Of a stretch of 29,137 bases of DNA, positions 26,081 to 29,137 are shown piece after piece. Origin of the DNA: a virus. Lineage: Duplodnaviria > Caudoviricetes. The translations under genes and the position numbers were made by a program. The stretch's first letter is position 1. Every line of letters begins with the position of its first letter. Below the pieces are notes generated by a model. It made no database searches and was not told where the DNA came from. It was given only the letters and a program-made list of their open reading frames with translations. The DNA lies in the IMG/VR virus record IMGVR_UViG_3300017912_004002, positions 1 to 29,137 of that record. One strand, given 5' to 3'.

Positions 26081-26119
26081 ATATTATCAACCGCAGGTTG
26101 ACTGATCAACTACAGATTG
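26081..26119 (-). promoter_or_regulatory. Leftward promoter overlapped by two CAAC-N5-RTTG operator-like sites
   Basis: TTGATC (26109-26104)-17 nt-TAATAT (26086-26081); CAACCGCAGGTTG 26088-26100, CAACTACAGATTG 26107-26119. Confidence 0.6.
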
Positions 26120-26136
26120 ACCGTTTGTCGGTCGGG

Positions 26137-26470
26137 GATGCACAGGGTGATGCACAGGGTAGGGAAAGGCGCACAAGATATATTGTGCGCGGTCAAGGTA
26201 AGGTGAACTGGTCAATTTTTGAACAGTTGGCATGCACAACTTAGCCTGTGCGCCGAACAGGGTATGAGCGTTGCGGTTGTGCGGGTTAAGTTATTGATAT
26301 TCATAGGATCAAGGCGCACGGGAACAGTAAGAACAATATAATCCTCTCTCTTATCAGAGAGAGATATATAAGGGTTATATGTGCTTATTGTGTGCCCTGG
26401 TGAATTGTGACCCTGTTCACCTGTTCTGGTTGTGCATGCCCTGGAGGATGCACAACCTAGGTTGTGCGTG
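26137..26470. repeat. Iteron-like GCACA/GAACA array around an AT-rich core; putative replication origin
   Basis: GATGCACAGGGT tandem at 26137-26160, many GMACA on the left and TGTKC on the right, IHF consensus 26287-26299, 18-bp palindrome 26450-26467. Confidence 0.6.
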
Positions 26471-26581
26471 CGGTAAAACCCCCACAAGGTTTCATACAAT
26501 AATCAAGTTGAGCCGGAGTGCTGCACAACTGGCGGTTGTCAAGTACAATCGGCGCTACAGTTTGAGCCTGTGAGGTACGAC

Positions 26582-26974
26582 ATGGCTGGCGGAAGACCGC
26601 GAATCGAAATCGACCTGGCCCGAGTAGAACAGCTCGCGGCTGAAGGGCTTAGCGAGGAGCAGATCGCTCTGAGCCTAGGCATCAGCCAAGACACCATCTA
26701 CCGGCGCAAGAACAGTTCTGCGGCGTTTGCGGACGCCCTAAAGCGGGGCAAGGCCCGCGGCGTCGAGACCGTGGCTAATACGCTCTTCCGCGCAGCCACT
26801 GACACCGAGAAGCCGAACATGGCCGCGGCCATCTTCTACCTCAAAGCCCGCGGCCAGTGGCGTGAGAAGGCTGACGTGACCGTGGAGCATAGCGGTGAGG
26901 TGATGGTCGAGCACGATGTAGCCGCGGCTCTCGACGCTCTTAAGCGTGCCGGCATCGACCCGTCGAGCCTCTGA
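26582..26974 (+). CDS. terS: Terminase small subunit
   Basis: GGRPRIEID, HTH, FADALKRGKARG, AAIFYLKARGQWRE; upstream of terL. Confidence 0.8.
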   Translation: MAGGRPRIEIDLARVEQLAAEGLSEEQIALSLGISQDTIYRRKNSSAAFADALKRGKARGVETVANTLFRAATDTEKPNMAAAIFYLKARGQWREKADVTVEHSGEVMVEHDVAAALDALKRAGIDPSSL

Positions 26975-27079
26975 TGTACCACTGGTGTACCAACCGTGGC
27001 TAAGCCATTGATTTACATCCACATCGCCCCGATGCCGGATCGGCTTGCCCGCTCGGGCAGCCCGACCCCCACCCTAAAC

Positions 27080-27098
27080 GCGAATGACAATCATTCTC
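27080..27098. promoter_or_regulatory. Fur-box-like site
   Basis: GCGAATGACAATCATTCTC matches 15/19 of GATAATGATAATCATTATC. Confidence 0.5.
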
Positions 27099-27218
27099 AT
27101 CAAGCAGGGGTTGACGGGGGTGGGGGGCCGCGGGTGATCGAGGCCGTTTCGCAAAATCGGGACTCCGGGGAGGGGGGCTACGGGGCCATATATCGAGATA
27201 CATACTTGGGGGTCGCCC

Positions 27219-28712
27219 ATGGCTGAGGCAGCCGCTCCCAAAAAACCACTTCGCAAAAAAGGGACTCCTAAGTCTGTGGTAACCGCTGCCCAGGAAAAGA
27301 AAGCCATGGAGTTGGCGGCTGCCATCGAACTGGTTAAGCGCCACAAAGCCGAAAACCGGCTGAGCTATTTCGATCCCTACCCTTGGCAGCGTGACTTCTA
27401 TCACGCTGGGCCTGAGAACAAGCAGCGCATGCTCATGGCCGCAAACCGTGTAGGCAAAACGGCTTCCATGGCGGTGGAGGTGGCCTGCCACCTCACAGGC
27501 CTATACCCGGACTGGTGGGAGGGGATCAGGTTCCACCGGCCGGTGCAGGCTTGGTGCCTCGGTGTCTCCGGTGAGCAGTTGCGGGATGTGGTGGTGAAGG
27601 AGCTGCTCGGAACCTATGAAGGGGACGGGAAGTTCGACGGCACCGGCCTGATCCCCCAGCGCCTGGTCAAGCAGGTTACCCCGGCCATGGGGACGCCGCG
27701 CCTGCCACGGGACGTGGCGATCCGCCACACCGCCGGCAAGTTCAGCAACGTCAGCTTCAAGAGCTATACCCAGGGGCAGCATGTGCTCATGGGGAGTAGC
27801 CAGGACTTCATCTGGATCGACGAGGAACCGACCGACCCCACTATCTACCCCCAGTGCCTAACGCGGACGGCCACTGGTAATGATGGGAAGGGCGGCTACA
27901 CGGTCCTCACATTCACCCCGGAAAACGGTGTCACCGAACTGGTCGCCCAGTTCATGGACAACCGGGCCCCCGGGCAGCACCTGGCGAATGTCACCTGGGA
28001 GGATGCCCCTCATCTCGACAGGGAGACAAAGGAACAGTTGCTGGCAGCTATCCCCGAGTACCAGCGCGACATGCGCTCCCGGGGTATCCCGGTTCTAGGG
28101 GAGGGAATGGTGTTCCCTATCGCCGAGGAGGCGATTAGCTGCGAGGCCTTTGAAGTACCTCCGCACTACAAGCGCCTGGCTGGGATCGACTTCGGGATCA
28201 CCCACCCGACCACCGTGGTGTGGACGGCCTACAACCCTGATAACGACACCATCTACGTCTACGACTGCTACAAGGTGGACGGCGAGGTGCCTGCGGTCCA
28301 TGCCAGCGCTATCAAAGCGCGAGGAAAGAATATCCCAGTGATATATCCCCATGACGGGGACAGCACCGAGAAAGGGTCCGGCAGGACCCTGGCCGAAATG
28401 TATCTGGAGGCTGGGGTGCTGATGATCGGCAAGTTCACCAACCCCGACGGCACCAACTACGTCGAGCCGGGGCTCATGGAGCTGCTGGAGCGTATGCGCA
28501 CTGGCCGCTTCAAGATCTTCGACCACCTGAAGCCGTGGTTTGAGGAGTTCCGGCGCTACCACCGGAAGAAGGGGAAGATACACAAGGAGTTCGACGACTT
28601 GATGGATGCCACGCGCTACGCGGCCATCAGCGTCACGCGCTTCGGCCAGAACCAGGCCGAGATGGAGCTACACGGTCGCGGAGGATACACGTCCCATGAA
28701 TACGATTATTGA
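27219..28712 (+). CDS. terL: Terminase large subunit (P22-like)
   Basis: Walker A MAANRVGKT, Walker B FIWIDEEP, TFTPENG, nuclease GIDFG and DDLMDATRY. Confidence 0.95.
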   Translation: MAEAAAPKKPLRKKGTPKSVVTAAQEKKAMELAAAIELVKRHKAENRLSYFDPYPWQRDFYHAGPENKQRMLMAANRVGKTASMAVEVACHLTGLYPDWWEGIRFHRPVQAWCLGVSGEQLRDVVVKELLGTYEGDGKFDGTGLIPQRLVKQVTPAMGTPRLPRDVAIRHTAGKFSNVSFKSYTQGQHVLMGSSQDFIWIDEEPTDPTIYPQCLTRTATGNDGKGGYTVLTFTPENGVTELVAQFMDNRAPGQHLANVTWEDAPHLDRETKEQLLAAIPEYQRDMRSRGIPVLGEGMVFPIAEEAISCEAFEVPPHYKRLAGIDFGITHPTTVVWTAYNPDNDTIYVYDCYKVDGEVPAVHASAIKARGKNIPVIYPHDGDSTEKGSGRTLAEMYLEAGVLMIGKFTNPDGTNYVEPGLMELLERMRTGRFKIFDHLKPWFEEFRRYHRKKGKIHKEFDDLMDATRYAAISVTRFGQNQAEMELHGRGGYTSHEYDY

Positions 28713-29137
28713 GCAGATCGACGAGGACGCGCTCCTCAATACCTTAGAGCGGAATATCGACGCAGCCGACACTTATGCCAACAGTGAAGTGGGCGAGCAG
28801 CGCGACAAGGCGCACCGCTACTACTATGGCGAGCCGATAGGCAATGAGCTGAAAGGGCGCTCGCACCACGTCTCAAGGGACGTGTTTGACGCCGTTGAGG
28901 CTGTGAAGGCCCTGATGCTTGAGACCTTTAGCGCGGATAAGAATATCTGCCGCTTCGACCCGCAAACCGCAGAAGACGTAGTGCCGGCCAAGATGGCTAC
29001 GGCACTGGCGAACTACATTTTCTACCGGCAGAACGCCGGTCATAAGGTGCTGACAGACGTGATCCACGATGCCCTGGTGGCTAAGACTGGGGTGGTCAAG
29101 CGGTATTGGAAAGAGGACTACCGCTATCAGTCTGAGG
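28696..29137 (+). CDS. Portal protein, 5' part (runs off window)
   Basis: MNTIIEQID...RYYYGEPIGNELKGRSHHVSRDVFDAVE...IHDALVAKTGVVKRYW; directly after terL. Confidence 0.9.
   Translation, partial: MNTIIEQIDEDALLNTLERNIDAADTYANSEVGEQRDKAHRYYYGEPIGNELKGRSHHVSRDVFDAVEAVKALMLETFSADKNICRFDPQTAEDVVPAKMATALANYIFYRQNAGHKVLTDVIHDALVAKTGVVKRYWKEDYRYQSE

Larger units (their letters stand above)
1..29137. mobile_element. Temperate podovirus-like phage genome segment (P22-like packaging genes, APSE-like replication module), apparently excised form
   Basis: Terminase, portal, tail, ejection, lysis, integrase and replication genes; no tape measure or sheath gene in view; phage genes on both sides of an intact att site. 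Confidence 0.93.

Noticed and set aside
26137-26470. Repeats as a CRISPR array
   Set aside because: Units are 5-12 bp, irregularly spaced and in both orientations
27018-27042. Second dusA-like att core after the duplicated arm
   Set aside because: Only gapped, weak similarity and wrong spacing from the IHF site
26212-27226. ORFs 26212-26499, 26379-26573 and 26996-27226
   Set aside because: They run through repeat and regulatory DNA with atypical composition and no convincing RBS
271-29067. Many antisense and alternate-frame ORFs in the track (e.g. 1168-1800, 5510-6130, 19213-19842, 27000-27491)
   Set aside because: They overlap well-supported genes, lack motifs and are expected shadows in GC-rich DNA

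Overview
The whole window is part of a temperate, short-tailed (podovirus-like) dsDNA phage genome; no host genes are visible. On the + strand it runs from lysis genes (lysozyme, a DUF6127-like protein, a 3TM holin-like gene broken by an in-frame TAG) through a tail fibre, a small tail-tip protein ending in a Hint (intein-like) domain, a tail/head-closure protein, ejection proteins, an LPD23/zincin protein and three tiny Lys-rich proteins to an intact attP and a tyrosine integrase. The attP carries a replacement 5' end of dusA (SVAPMM), which points to a dusA-targeting integrase and an excised genome. A leftward block (DUF2800 nuclease, DUF2815 SSB, family A polymerase, VRR-NUC, SNF2 helicase, repressor, excisionase-like, DUF3310) diverges from a cro-like gene, primase-helicase and HNH-like gene. 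Small leftward early genes, an iteron-rich putative origin, terS, terL and the start of the portal follow. The most unusual signals are the Hint domain ending HNK-stop on a tail protein, a second copy of the attP left-arm module between terS and terL next to a Fur-box-like site, and the amber-split holin. All family names come from motif recognition by eye; no database searches were run.
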